From Octopus sinensis (lineage: Eukaryota): a stretch of 64,000 nt of DNA. Under the pieces are notes generated by a model that was not told where the DNA came from, made no database searches, and worked only from the letters and a program-made list of their open reading frames with translations. Shown piece by piece: positions 1 to 12,679 of the stretch. Both the position numbers and the translations under genes were made by a program. Location of the stretch: assembly GCF_006345805.1 (NCBI RefSeq), contig NC_043001.1, positions 34,348,001-34,412,000 of the forward strand, read 5' to 3'. How positions within the stretch are numbered: position 1 is the stretch's first letter; every line of letters starts with the position of its first letter.

Positions 1-870
1 TTATATTCATCACACAACTTTTATTTGCAACGCCAAACTTTCGCAAATCGCGACTAAATTGGTCAGAACTGAGCCATAGACTTACAATCAAAATCTAAGT
101 CTATAATTACAGACACATCCAAACTCTTGTCAACAGCATTCTGCTATTTTTTTTTCTTTCTGTTTTGGTTTCTTTTACATCAACTATTGGCCTAGACAGT
201 GCACGCTCCATTTGAACTTTAGAAGAGTTCACGCCGATTTTTTTTCTAATGAATATAGCAAAATATAAGCATCATGTGACCACTGTTGACCGATTGTAGT
301 CGACAGTTTTAAAATGAAGTTATTGGCGTTGTACTAAGTTTGTTCGCGCGACAAATCTAATCCAATTTAAAGAGCCGGTGGGACATTGTAAATTATATCT
401 CAACGTCGTGATTTGACGGTGAATTAATCTAATACACGTAGTTTTAAATAAAACTTATAAACCATTGAACTGATTAAACTGCGAAAAAAACATTCCTGGT
501 GGGAAATTGTTTTGTGAGAGACGGGTGTAAAATAAGGTTAATTTTCAAACATTTGTTGTTCGTGTTGTTGATGAAGTTGTTCTTCCTATGGGAGTTATTG
601 TTAATATTTTTCAGTAGAAGACAGCCAGATGGAATATTGTGGTTTGACAGCCATGGTACATTCTGTTTTACACATATATATAGTGCATGTGAGTGTATGT
701 GTGCATGCGTGTCTTTTATTGTATATTGTGGTATAGCACAGCACCTTATCATAAAGATAGTGAAGAAGTGATGTGCTCAGATTGATTTCATTCCTTTCGA
801 AAAAAAAAATATCCTCCTCGGAACAAAACAAATATTTTCAGGTGTTTGATAGCGACAAAAATGTCTTCAG

Positions 871-1052
871 GTGCAGGCGTCGCTGTGCAGCAAAAAATTT
901 GCTTCCCAACCACATTGTTGTAGATTCAGTCCCACAGTGTGATACCTTGGGCAAGTGTCTTCTTCTATAGCCTCCGGCCGACCAGGGTCTTGTGAGTGGA
1001 TTTGGTAGACGGAAACTGAAAGAAGCTCGTCGTATACACACACACTCACAAA

Positions 1053-1083
<31 letters not shown>

Positions 1084-1310
1084 TTGGGTATGTGAGTGTG
1101 TGTGTGTGTGTTTGAGTCTGTCCCCTCATTATTACTTGAAAACCGGTGTTGATATGTTTATGTTCCTGACCGATAGAATAAGTACTAGGCTTCAGAAATA
1201 AATCCTAAGTCGGTTTGTTCGACAAAAAAAAAAAAAAACCTTCAAAGCCGTACTCCAGCATGACCGCAGTAAATTGACTGAAACAAGTAAAGGAATAAAA
1301 GAGTAAAAGA
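871..1310 (+). mobile_element. CORE-type tRNA-derived SINE, near full length
   Basis: tRNA-like head, then ccttgggcaagtgtctt (MIR/CORE-like), a (TG)n/(TA)n linker and a 3' module ending gactgaaacaagtaaa; many copies in the window. Confidence 0.85.
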
Positions 1311-1460
1311 AAAAAAGGAAAATGCTCACATTTTGAGTTCAAATTACGCCGTGTAGGAGGCTTTGCCATTCTAAAACTGGAGTTACTTTATTTTGTTTCA
1401 TTGTTTTTCAGAATATTCAATAAAACATGATTAATTTTCTGACACATCTAATTCTATTCA

Positions 1461-1672
1461 CGAGTGGGTGCTGAAAACTTCCTAGCTTTAAGGGTGTCGC
1501 GAAAGGTCTGGCTGAAGGTCCAAACTTCCGAGTTCTTTTACAGAGCTTAGAAAAACTGAAGGACCGCTGCGATGTGTGAATCTGAGAGGGGAATATGTTG
1601 AATAAAATCATAATTAAGTGATCCCCTGTATTTTCTTTTACCCAAAGCCAGGAACTTTTCAGCACCCCTTCG
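1461..1672 (+). mobile_element. Internally deleted mariner (MITE)
   Basis: TIRs cgagtgggtgctgaaaacttcctagcttt / aaagccaggaacttttcagcaccccttcg; interior retains the transposase C-terminus ...CVNLRGEYVE*. Confidence 0.85.
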
Positions 1673-1722
1673 TATATAAGTGTCATGGTGTGCAAATTAT
1701 AGATTGTTAGTTAATAAGGGAC

Positions 1723-1935
1723 TTAACCCATTAACTTGTAAACCGGCCATATCCAACCCAAATACGTTATCTATTTTATGATCAAACTGACCGTATCTGA
1801 CCTCTCATATGTACTCTACAATGTCATTCTAAAACTAGATAATCACATCAAATCTTGAAGTTACAAGATAATGCAAGATCAATCCAAAACAATGTGAATA
1901 AATAATGATTACATGTAACAGAGTAATAAAAGATC
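1723..1935. mobile_element. Probable piggyBac-type MITE remnant
   Basis: Starts TTAA|CCC; resembles an octopus MITE family from memory; right TIR not recognisable. Confidence 0.35.
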
Positions 1936-1984
1936 CCTTCTAAGGTCATGAACGACGATAAAATTGCACCTAGAAAGTTTTCTC

Positions 1985-2243
1985 CGAAGCACAAGTCTAA
2001 GCAAGGTTGTTTACGGAAGAACAGCAGACGCCCATGCATACCAGCCTCCCCTCCCCATGCCACTGATGGTATCCAAGGGAAAGGTCGATACAGGTTGGAA
2101 CAAATGACGTCGCAACTCATTTATGCTGCTGAGTGAACAAAAGTGCCTTGCTCGAGAACACACCACACAGCTCGGTTCGGGAATCGAATTCACTACCTCG
2201 TGATTGTGATCCTGACTCTCTAACCATTGAGCCACGCACCTTC
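1985..2243 (-). mobile_element. tRNA-derived SINE (V-type body), degenerate
   Basis: Minus strand reads ggtgcgtggctcaatggttagagagtc...gaattcgattccc, then gtgttctcgagcaaggcac; related to 44843 and 62158. Confidence 0.7.
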
Positions 2244-2924
2244 ATTATTTAATAGACTAATCTGAATACTATAAGGTTAAGACATATACTTAATTTTTTT
2301 AATTACACACGCACACACACACACACATACAACACACACATACAACACACACACAGATATATATCTACATACATACGTACATACACGCGTATGTATGTGT
2401 GTATATGTGTGTTTGTGGAAAACACTGTATCCAGGATCTATCGCTAAGTATATTTCACGAAGGTAATTAAGCACAAAGTTAAGAATATACGTCATATAAG
2501 ATGGTTTTTGTTAATATTCGACTATCTTTTGCAAAATTGCTTCTGGCTTATGTTATTGAGCATTGTATATGAGTGTATATATTCATGGTGCCTGTAGTTT
2601 TGTGCTTGCTATGATGAGTTTTCATCTATATAAATGAATGTGTTTATGTGGTAGATGTTTGTATGCTTTATATTACTAATAACCAGTGACGTGGTTTTGT
2701 CTTTGCATTCATACGTACGCTTGTCTTGTTACTATACTCTTTAGTACAACTCTAACAATTTCTTGTAATTCCTCATTGCCTTCATCCAATAGTGCGTTAT
2801 CCTCTGTATATCTTATATTGTTTATCTTTACGCCATTGATCCAGTGGCAAAGAGAGCCTAGGACGCCATGATAGATCGTTAGCTCCTACACGCATTTTTT
2901 TCTCTCCTTGTTTCTCTCCTTGTT

Positions 2925-3090
2925 TTTTTTTTCTGTGTATCTTTCTGTCGAAGAGCGTAGGCTCGAAACGTAAAATACTTTTTCTATTTCTATTCCTGAG
3001 CGCTATACTAATACATTTGTTTGTTTGTACTCCACCTGCCTTCGTCTTTTGTTTATTTTCGTAAACTTTCCCTTTTTCTATATAGTCAGG
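2925..3090 (+). mobile_element. Probable PLE terminal (pLTR) fragment with degenerate hammerhead-like core
   Basis: gtcgaagagcgtaggctcgaaacgta resembles CUGANGA...GAAAC, but the core reads TCGAAGA. Confidence 0.45.
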
Positions 3091-3166
3091 TCTAGAAGAG
3101 AAAAATATATTTCTGCGAATCTGAGCAGTCATACTCACTCAGTAAAGTCTCGATGGAAATATTATT

Positions 3167-3169
<3 letters not shown>

Positions 3170-3199
<30 letters not shown>

Positions 3200-3325
3200 C
3201 TTCTTCTTCTTCTTCTCCTCCTCCTCCTCCTCCTCCTCCTCCTTCTTCTTCTTCTTCTTCTTCTTCTTCTTCTTCTTCTTCTTCTTCTTCTTCTTCTTCT
3301 TCTTCTTCTTCTTCTTCTTCTTCTT
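3170..3325. repeat. (CTT)n/(CCT)n microsatellite
   Basis: Direct reading. Confidence 0.98.
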
Positions 3326-3334
3326 GATTTAAAA

Positions 3335-3376
3335 TCTTGGCACAAGACCAGCAATTTCGAGGGAGAGGATAAGTCG

Positions 3377-3432
<56 letters not shown>

Positions 3433-3663
3433 GTCGGCGTGCTGGCAGAATCGTTAGCGCACTGGGCGAAATGCTTAGCAGCATTTCGCCCGTCATTACA
3501 CTCTGAGTTCAAATTCCGCCGAGGGTGACTTTACCTTTCATCCTGTCAGGGTCGATAAAATAAGTACCAGTTGAACACTGGGGTTTATGTGATGGACTCA
3601 TCCCCCTCCCCCAAAGTTGGTGCCCTTGTGGAAAAATTATTATTATTATCATCATCATCATCA

Positions 3664-3721
<58 letters not shown>

Positions 3722-4150
3722 GGCAGCGAGCTGGCAGAATCGTTAGGATGCTGGGCAAAATGCTTTGCGTCATTTCGTTCGTCTCAAAGTTCTGAGTTCA
3801 AATTCTACCGAGGTTGATTTTATTTTCCATTCTTTCGGGGTCGATGAATTAAGTACCAGTGAAACACTGGAGTCGATCTAATTGACTGGACTTTCTCCTC
3901 ACAAATTTCAGGCCTTTTGCCTTTAGTAGAAATGATTGTCATTAAGGCGGCGAGCTGGCAGAATCGTTAGCACGTCGGGCACAATGTTTAGCGGTATTTC
4001 GTCCGTCTTCACGTTCTGAGTTCAAATTCCATAGGGGTCGACTTTGCTTTTCCGCCTTTCGGGGGTCAATAAATTAAGTACCAGTCAAGCATTTGGGTAA
4101 ATGTAATCGACTTGTCCTCTCCCATAAAATTTGTGCCTTTAATAGAGAGG
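3335..4150 (+). mobile_element. Cluster of Meta-domain-type SINEs, three head-to-tail copies separated by (ATT)n
   Basis: Repeated gctggcagaatcgttagc...ctgagttcaaattcc...gtcgactttgcctttcatcctttcggggtcgataaattaagtaccag at about 3432, 3720 and 3945, plus an inverted tail fragment at 3335-3380. Confidence 0.85.
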
Positions 4151-4366
4151 ATTATTATTAACAAATGTTAACGTTTAGAAAAAATTAACGGTAAGATATT
4201 CCAGATTTTATACACGTGCCCATGCACTTTCGTGGCTGTCAGAATTGCAACGGTTTTAAACCAACTGAAAAAACAGTTAAGAAATACATATTCGTCTAAA
4301 TACAGATGGATGTGTACAAACATAAGCTGGCATAAGCACAAACATACTTAAAAAGATCTCAGTGCT

Positions 4367-4367
<1 letters not shown>

Positions 4368-4434
<67 letters not shown>

Positions 4435-4520
4435 TGTATATATATATATATATATAATGTATTATATATATATATATATATATAATATATATGTACATAC
4501 ATATATATATGTACATACAT

Positions 4521-4553
<33 letters not shown>

Positions 4554-4635
4554 GTACATACATTATATATATATATATACATTATATATATATATGTACA
4601 TACATTATATATGTATGTATATGTATATAAATACA

Positions 4636-4668
<33 letters not shown>

Positions 4669-4669
4669 C

Positions 4670-4718
<49 letters not shown>

Positions 4719-4950
4719 GTGTCTATCTATCTATGTGTCTATCTATCTATGTGTCTATCTATCTATCTATCTATCTATCTACCTATCTATCTGTCTGTCT
4801 GTCTGTCTGTCTGTCTATTTATCTATCTATCTATCTATATACAGATATATCTGCAGATGGATAAATACACACACACGAACATATATAATATATATATACA
4901 TACACATATATATACGCACATATATGTATGTATGCATGTATGTATGTATG

Positions 4951-4984
<34 letters not shown>

Positions 4985-5070
4985 TGTATGTATGTATGTA
5001 TGTATGTATGTATGTATGCATGCATGTATGTATGTATGTATGTATATCATATGCAATACACGTATATATT
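4368..5070. repeat. Compound microsatellite (TA)n/(TCTA)n/(TATG)n
   Basis: Direct reading; similar compound blocks at 17905-18320, 23275-23760, 25680-26095, 34320-35040, 39230-39480, 49735-50110 and 55280-56420. Confidence 0.97.
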
Positions 5071-5357
5071 CAAGCTTGAATTTCATCATTGGAGCATTTT
5101 TGAAAACTTCCCCACAGAGAAGGCAAGGGCCATATTTTGTTAGCTGCTCCCTTATCTTACACCAGAAAAGAAAGTATAAAACCTCACCCTAAATAAAATT
5201 AACAACAACAACAACAACAACAACAGCAAAACTCTGTTTCCCGAATTCCTCTTCCCTCCCAAAACTTTTTTAAAAAAGACAAAAACATAACAGAAAAAAA
5301 ACAAAAACACTTTTCCCTCCTTCAACATCACCGATACTACTACTACTACTACTACTG

Positions 5358-5423
<66 letters not shown>

Positions 5424-5975
5424 ACTAACTGCTACACGTCACTGCCAATAACATCATTACCTTCGTAAACACACATCTGATTGTATTTCATGGGACTTCC
5501 TTCTCCCGCTGTGATGACACGCTGTTAATACTCATCATTACTATAACAAAGCTGTGAAAGCTGTGTCCGGGCAGCGAGGATATGCAACGAGGATGAACGC
5601 CATATTTACTTCGATGGAATAAGTAACTGAAGTGTGGATGGCGAGCTTCTTGTGTGTATTTTTTCTGGTGCTTTTTGCAGCATACATTTTATTTAACCTT
5701 CTATTTTATACCTGTATTTTTTTCACTCTCGACATAGTGGAATAGAATTACTTGCAGCTTATTAAGGAAATATGTTAGCAGAACCATATTAACTTATTAC
5801 TTTTTAGAAGCATTCTTGCTAAAGATTTGAAATTAGACTAAAATAATATTATATGAATATATACTAGTTTTCGTTTGGTGTCATTGTTTGCTGTACGGCC
5901 ATTTTGTGGCATCATTTGGAAGATTTTTTAATCGGTAGTACTGGATTCAGAGTCCGGCAATCATTTTATCGAACA

Positions 5976-6367
5976 TTAGCAATATCGCCCGGCGTTGCTC
6001 GGGTTTGTTTCGACCCTTTAGAATTGGAATTTTTGAAAAGTAAAAATTCTGCATTATGTAGCTTGTTATTCTCTTTAAGTGAACATTTTTCTGGTTGAAA
6101 TACATCGAAAAATGACGACACAGCAGTAAAAAAATCGTAAAAAATAGGGATTTTCATAGAAAAAAAAGCACCTTTTTGTTGTAAATAATTTTTGGTGTTA
6201 ACATGGTCCGATTTGAATTTTTTCTTCTACGAAATGAAGAGCAAGCCTTCTTCTATCATACTTTCAATTTTGGTCGACTTGCGCCGCAGGGTCTCGGAGA
6301 AGATAGAGTTAGTTGAAGGCTACCAAACCTGCCATACACAGACAACTTCAGCTTTATATGTAAAAGA
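5976..6367 (-). mobile_element. Non-autonomous Helitron-like element
   Basis: Minus strand starts 5'-TC(ttttacatataaagc) and ends with hairpin cccgagcaacgccggg followed by CTAA; same termini as 59105-59500. Confidence 0.75.
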
Positions 6368-7019
6368 TTATACACTGAATCGATGAGTTACGGTATAACG
6401 AACGCTAAGTTACTCGATACCATTAAATATGAACAAAGACACAGAAATTATACTCGCACGCACATACAAACTCTCTCTCTCTCTCTCTTTCTCTCTCTAT
6501 CACACACAGATACACACAAGTACAAACACGAACACACAGAGACACCTACACCGTTGTGGTGACATGCAATATATATTCGAATAGTGCAAGGATATATAAA
6601 ACTGATCTACAAATGCTAGCCATTAGCCTACGTAAAGTTTGCATGTGAGCCTATGTTGAGCAGTTACTGCGTCATGCAGGACGGGTCAAAGTGCCTGCCG
6701 AGTCTTCTTTAAGTTTGTTCTACGTTGTTCCTTCTCTAGAAGAGTGTCCTGGCTGTATTGTTTGTGCCTGCTAGTCATTGCAAAAGATGTACTACCGTAT
6801 AGAGTTTAAACACATTGAGTTCAGGTTTCATCTCTTTTAATCAAAGACAATTGTCGCCGTCCAGTGTTATGTGGAAAGTGGAGATGAAGAGAAAAGCTTT
6901 GACCCAGTCCCAATAAATTTTATGTAAAGTGCAGAAAATTTATGAATCTGGCATTGCAGTGCGCAAGCTTCGTAATTTAAACTGAAAGCTTTGAGGGCGG
7001 TGAAAGTTAGATGAAATCC

Positions 7020-7860
7020 TGTTTGGCTGGCCAGTTGGCAGAATCATTAACATGCCGGACAAAAAGCGTAGCGGTATTTCGTCTGCCGCTACGTTCTGAG
7101 TTCAAATTCCGCCGAGGTCGACCTTGTCTTTCATCCTTTCGGAGTCGATTAAATAAGTACCTATTTCTTTATTACCCAAAAGGGGCTAAACATAGAGGGG
7201 ACAAACAAGGACAGACATAGGTATTAAGTCGATTATATCGATCCCAGTGCGTAACTGGTACTTAATTTATCGACCCCGAAAGGATGAAAGGCAAAGTCGA
7301 CCTCGGCGGAATTTGAACTCACAACGTTACGACAGACGACATACCACGAAGCATTTCGCCCGGCGCGCTAACGTTTCTGCCAGCTCGCCGCCTTAAATAA
7401 GTACTAGTTACATACTGGGGTCGATGTAACCGACTTAATCCATTTGTCTGTCCTTGTTTGTCCTCTCTGTGTTTAGCCCCTTGTGGGTAGTAAAGAAATA
7501 GGTATTTCCTTCTCGTTAAGGCGGCGATCTGGCAGAATCGATAGCACGCAGGGCGAAATGCTCAGCGGTATTTCGTCTGCCGCTACGTTCTGAGTTCAAA
7601 TTCCGCCGAGGTCGACTTTGCCTTTCATCCTTTCGTGGTCGATTAAATAAGTACCAGTTATGCACTGGTGTCGATATAATCGACTTAATCCGTTTGTCTC
7701 TCCTTGTTTGTCCTCTCTGTGTTTAACCCCTTGTGGGTAGTAAAGAAATAGGTATTTCCCTCCCGCTCATTACGTTCTGTGTTTAAAATCTTGCCGAAGT
7801 CAACTTTGCTTTTCATTCTTTCGGGGTCGAGAAGATTGCAGGCCTTGTGCTAAAATTTGA
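7020..7860. mobile_element. Nested Meta-type SINE cluster; minus copy 7161-7393 inserted into a plus copy
   Basis: 11-bp TSD taaataagtac at 7150-7160 and 7394-7404; another plus copy at 7518-7760. Confidence 0.88.
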
Positions 7861-8292
7861 AACCTCTTTTGTATATTTTATTATATTTTATACTTTCATT
7901 TTAATTACATTTTAGTACAGTACGACATGATATATATGCATTTATATACACACACATACACGCACACAGAGCACGCACACACGCATGCACACACACACAC
8001 GAGCGTGCGCATTCACACGCACGCACACAAATGCATATTTACTCACTCATTCTGCTTCACTACTGTTATGTGTTTCTGCGGTTCAGTTTGGCAACTAAAG
8101 AAAACATTATTATTTTCACAGGAGCCTTGTTTGTATTGGGTGCTTTTATTGCACAATTGAAAGAGGTGCTGTGTGACCTGGGTACATGCAATATATTTTT
8201 GTTTATTTTACTGCATCGGAATTATTCTACGTCATATGTATGCAGTGTCTGGTCGTGTTATCTTGTGTATGTTTTGTTGTTTTGGTAATATA

Positions 8293-8753
8293 TTGGGTTG
8301 TCCGGAAAGTTCGTGCCGATTTTTAAAGGAGAGAAAAAGAATTGAGGTGGTTTCATGGCAAAGAATTCATCAAGGTATCTTTCTACGTTATCCAAGAAAT
8401 TGAAATTTTTACCATTAAGACTATTCTGCAGAGACATGAATAAGTGGAAATCCGAAGGAGAAATATCTGGTGAATATGGAGGGTGGGGTACCACATCTCA
8501 ACCGAACTGCAGCAATTTTTGTCTGGTTCCCGAAACATCAAGTGCCGAAAATGAACTTTCTTATCTTCCAAGTTAAAGGATTACGGAATTAACACAGGTT
8601 ATAAGAACATGAACCTTCTTCCACGAAAAGATAACTTAAACTGTGCTCTAAATGGAGGTGTAGTCAAATCCTATTTTATGGACTCAACTATGTTCTAAAA
8701 TAAGTCGAAAGGTAAGCTACTATAAATCGGCACGAACTTTCTGGACAACCCAA
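8293..8753 (-). mobile_element. Internally deleted mariner with transposase C-terminal fragment
   Basis: TA-flanked TIRs ttgggttgtccggaaagttcgtgccgattt / aaatcggcacgaactttctggacaacccaa; ORF PHPPYSPDISPSDFHLF...LNGKNF (YSPDLAPSD motif). Confidence 0.95.
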
Positions 8754-9229
8754 TATTTGTCTGATTGGAAGCGTTTCGTTCACTGTAACTTTACAACCGC
8801 AGGTCTGCAAATGCGCTGTCTCCTCTCTGTGCCTGTTCTGGCGCTACAGCAAATATCTCTGTTTCTCTGAAGTAGCTGATCGCATGCCACTTCTACCCAG
8901 CCTTCTCTCACTTTTATTATCCGTATTATATATGTTAACAAGTTTCCTGCACTAACCACGTTGCTGTAATATTGCTTCTAAGGAAGCCAACTCTCTGAAA
9001 ACTCGGTTCTCGAGTTTTATTTATTTATTTATTTATTTTTTGTTTTTGCTTGAATGTTTACTTACAAATGCTCGATCTGAACACGAATATTACCATTAGC
9101 AATCTCAAGTCTCGAAAGTACTGTTGTTGAGATCATGTGGCTGTTTATTTCTTTTGACTAAAATCTTCAAACGCCCCTTTATAATTTGCATTTTCTCATT
9201 TGCACTATGCTTCATCACCCCCTCCCATC

Positions 9230-9272
9230 CTCCTCATCATCTTCATCATCATCGTCATCCTCATCATCATCG

Positions 9273-9313
<41 letters not shown>

Positions 9314-9314
9314 G

Positions 9315-9349
<35 letters not shown>

Positions 9350-9365
9350 GTCGTCGTCGTCGTCG

Positions 9366-9396
<31 letters not shown>

Positions 9397-9440
9397 ATCA
9401 TCATCATCATCATCATCATCATCACTATCATCGTCATCGT
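9230..9440. repeat. (CAT)n microsatellite
   Basis: Direct reading. Confidence 0.97.
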
Positions 9441-10577
9441 TGCCATCGTTTTAACGTCCAGTTCCCTCTGCTTCGTATGCTTCGGACCGAATTTGTCGAG
9501 GTACATTTTTCTGCAGCCAGATGTCATTATCGCCAATCGTCGCGTGTTTTCAAGTAAGAATGGAAACGAACGGCTGTTAAGTGCTGCAAAACAAAAACAT
9601 CAAGGATTCTCGTTTGGCACATTGGAAGCATTAATTTGAGCTGGTGAAACATACTTGGAACACGATGAATAACGTGCTGTCTGCTTCACTATTACAGGTC
9701 TTCAATTCCGTTGCCTAGTAATGTACATATTTTGTCTGACTTGGATTCGTTCTTGTAAATCGTTTGCTTTCAAGTTTATTGATGAGCGACGGCTAGAGAA
9801 ATATTTAGCTTTATTTAATAACCAGTTGATCTAGCAAGCGGGGCATCATATCAGTGAGGGGGGCCGGTGTGCATTGATGCCGTCGAGAGGTAGGCCCCGA
9901 AATGGCGCGCATTCTCTCCTGATGACCCCATACACTTGCTGGCTACCGGTATGCGGAGTTCTCGACTGGTAGCCCTCGCGTGTGCAAGTTGTTTGCAAGA
10001 CATCATATTCGAAAAATCTCCATCGTTTAATTTATTATCTATTACAAGTAAAATATTATATTACCCGCCTCTTCAACCTAAATTAATTTCTCCAATTTTA
10101 TTTAATTCAAGCATTAGAATAGATTGACTTGGTTATGTCATTAGACTGTATCCGCTGGTGCGGCTTCAGTTTAGGAGTTCTCGAGGTGTAGAGAACGTTG
10201 AATCACCCCTTAATTATCATTACTCCTAGGTCCGTTCTGACCCGGAGCGGTAATACCTGTCTGGGTTCCATCTTTAGATTAAATAATTTTCTGTAAGGGC
10301 AGATTGAGCTCCTTATCTGCGGTGAAAGCAATTGATATAGTACACACTCTTCCAACATGCCCTCAAGCACTACGGAAGAGTATGGTTGATGAAACTAACA
10401 TGAAGTATGTCCAATCACATAAGTTCATACTATGGAGGCAACCTCTGATGCTAGTGCACATTGTGCCGCAGGTGGAGATAGGGACTCTTCATTCACTCAA
10501 TTTTTTCAATTAAGAAAAATATCAATTTCCATTTTGATAACATAGTATACACATTTTGCTTTCCTTTGTGCGCTAGT

Positions 10578-10736
10578 TGTAAATCGTGTGCGTGCTCACA
10601 AGCGCACAGGTTAAAGGAAACAATGGTAACTGTAAATCGTGTGCGAGCGCACAAGCGCACAGGTTACAGAGAAGACTGGTAAATGTAAATCGTGTGCGCG
10701 CGCACAAGCGCACAAGTTTAAGGGATCACTGGCGGG
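10578..10736. repeat. Three copies of a 53-bp tandem unit with a 36-bp conserved part
   Basis: tgtaaatcgtgtgcgNgcNcacaagcgcacaRgttW starts at 10578, 10631 and 10684. Confidence 0.9.
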
Positions 10737-11157
10737 CTAATTTTCCAGGAGTACTGTGGAGTGGGCTTGCTTATTCAGCTTTTTCTACGTGGTAGTTTGA
10801 TATATCTCAATGCGTATTTGATCGGATACAGGCGTGTGAATGTTCTTGTGTGTATCTGCGTGGGTACATGTGTGTGCGTGGGTGGGCATGTATTATATTA
10901 TTATTATTATTATTATTATATTATTATTATTATTATTATTATTATTATCATGTGATCAGAAAGTACTCTGGTGTTGGGTGGTTTCGGAGTTTCTAAAAGG
11001 CTAGCAGCTGTTCATTTACTGAAGTGTTGTGAGGTGAATTTCATTATCTGACTCGCTACCCCCACTGCTAAATTTGATGAAGAAACCGCCCCACCACCAC
11101 CACCACCAATACTTACTACTACTACTACTGCTACAACTACTACTACTACTACTGCTG

Positions 11158-11212
<55 letters not shown>

Positions 11213-11845
11213 CACCACCACCACCACCACCACTACTACTACTAATAACAATAAGGATGATAACAATATTAATACATATAACTATTTCTTTTATTTGCCA
11301 CAGAGGTATCAGGTGAGGGAGGGGGACTTATGATAATACTAACAATAACAACAACAACAATAGTAATAATACTATTATTGTTATTATCCTTAGTAGTAGT
11401 ATAAGTCATCGTCATCATCATATGTAGCAAAAATAATAATATAAGGACAATAATAGCGGCGGTCGTCATGACCATCATCATAATAATCATCATGATCATC
11501 ATCATCGTCATCGTCTCGTCGTCATCATCATCAGCATGAAAGGAAACATAAAATATTCATACGAAGAATTTATTATGTGGCTACATTCATAACTGGAATC
11601 AGTCCATGCAATTATTTCAGATCATCAAAAAGCATCTGTTCTCGAAATAGCATGGCAATATAAACAATTATTAACATTTCACTTTTATGCTTATTTTAGC
11701 GCTATTTTCATGACTAACATTTTTTCTCGTGTGTTCGCTTAAAGAAACCGTCCCTTAACGAACACTGCACTGAACGTCTAACTTATGGGCCGACTGCTTT
11801 GTTGTATACGAATACGCCACACCCATATATATATATATATATCCG

Positions 11846-11879
<34 letters not shown>

Positions 11880-12211
11880 TATATAAATAATATATACATA
11901 TATGCATATATACATACGTATATGTACATACCTACATATATATGTATATATACATGCATATATGGGTACAGGACATCAAAAAAATGTTGAACACAATAAG
12001 AAACGAAAACATAAAAATAAAAATATAAACTGAACTTTTTTTCGAACAACGAAAAAAACAGAGAAACGAGAATGCAACATAAAGAATATTACCCTTCATC
12101 AGTTGTCTCTGTTTCATCTACTCCGCGTTTTGAAAGCAAGGGCAATACGCGACTTCATTATAAAAATAATATATATATATACACACACATACTTACATAC
12201 GAATATATATA

Positions 12212-12545
12212 TAGGCGCAGACGTGACTGTGTGGCAAGAAGCTTACTTCTCAACCACATGGCTCCGGGATAGGGTCGCGCACTGGGCAACAGTCTTCTAC
12301 AATGGCCTCGGGCCAACCAAAGCCTTGTGAGTGGGTTTGGTAGGTGGAAACTGAATGAAACCCTCTCGTGTGTGTGTGTGTGTGTTTATCTGTGTTTATG
12401 TATATATGTTTGTCCCCCAGCACCGTTGACAACCGGTGTTGCTGTACTTGTGTCCCTGTAACTTAACGGTTCTGTAAAGAGAGACCGATAGACTTAATAC
12501 CCTGCATGGCCGCAGTCAAATGACTAAAACAAGTAAGACTAAAAG
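12212..12545 (+). mobile_element. CORE-type SINE
   Basis: ggcgcagacgtgactgtgtggcaagaagc head and gcatggccgcagtcaaatgactaaaacaagtaa tail. Confidence 0.85.
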
Positions 12546-12616
<71 letters not shown>

Positions 12617-12679
12617 CGTCAGTAGTTCATATATCCGAAAAAGTAGCACACTAAAACATTAGAGCAGTAATATATTTTT

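Noticed and set aside
615-655. Candidate plus-strand exon ttttcag|...ATG|gtacat
   Set aside because: 41 bp, no recognisable product, weak donor
9895-10015. Hammerhead from CTGATGA at 9919 with GAAA at 9899 or 10011
   Set aside because: No topology gives valid stems I, II and III together
10578-10736. CRISPR array
   Set aside because: Only three units, 17-bp spacers that resemble each other, no cas genes, eukaryotic context
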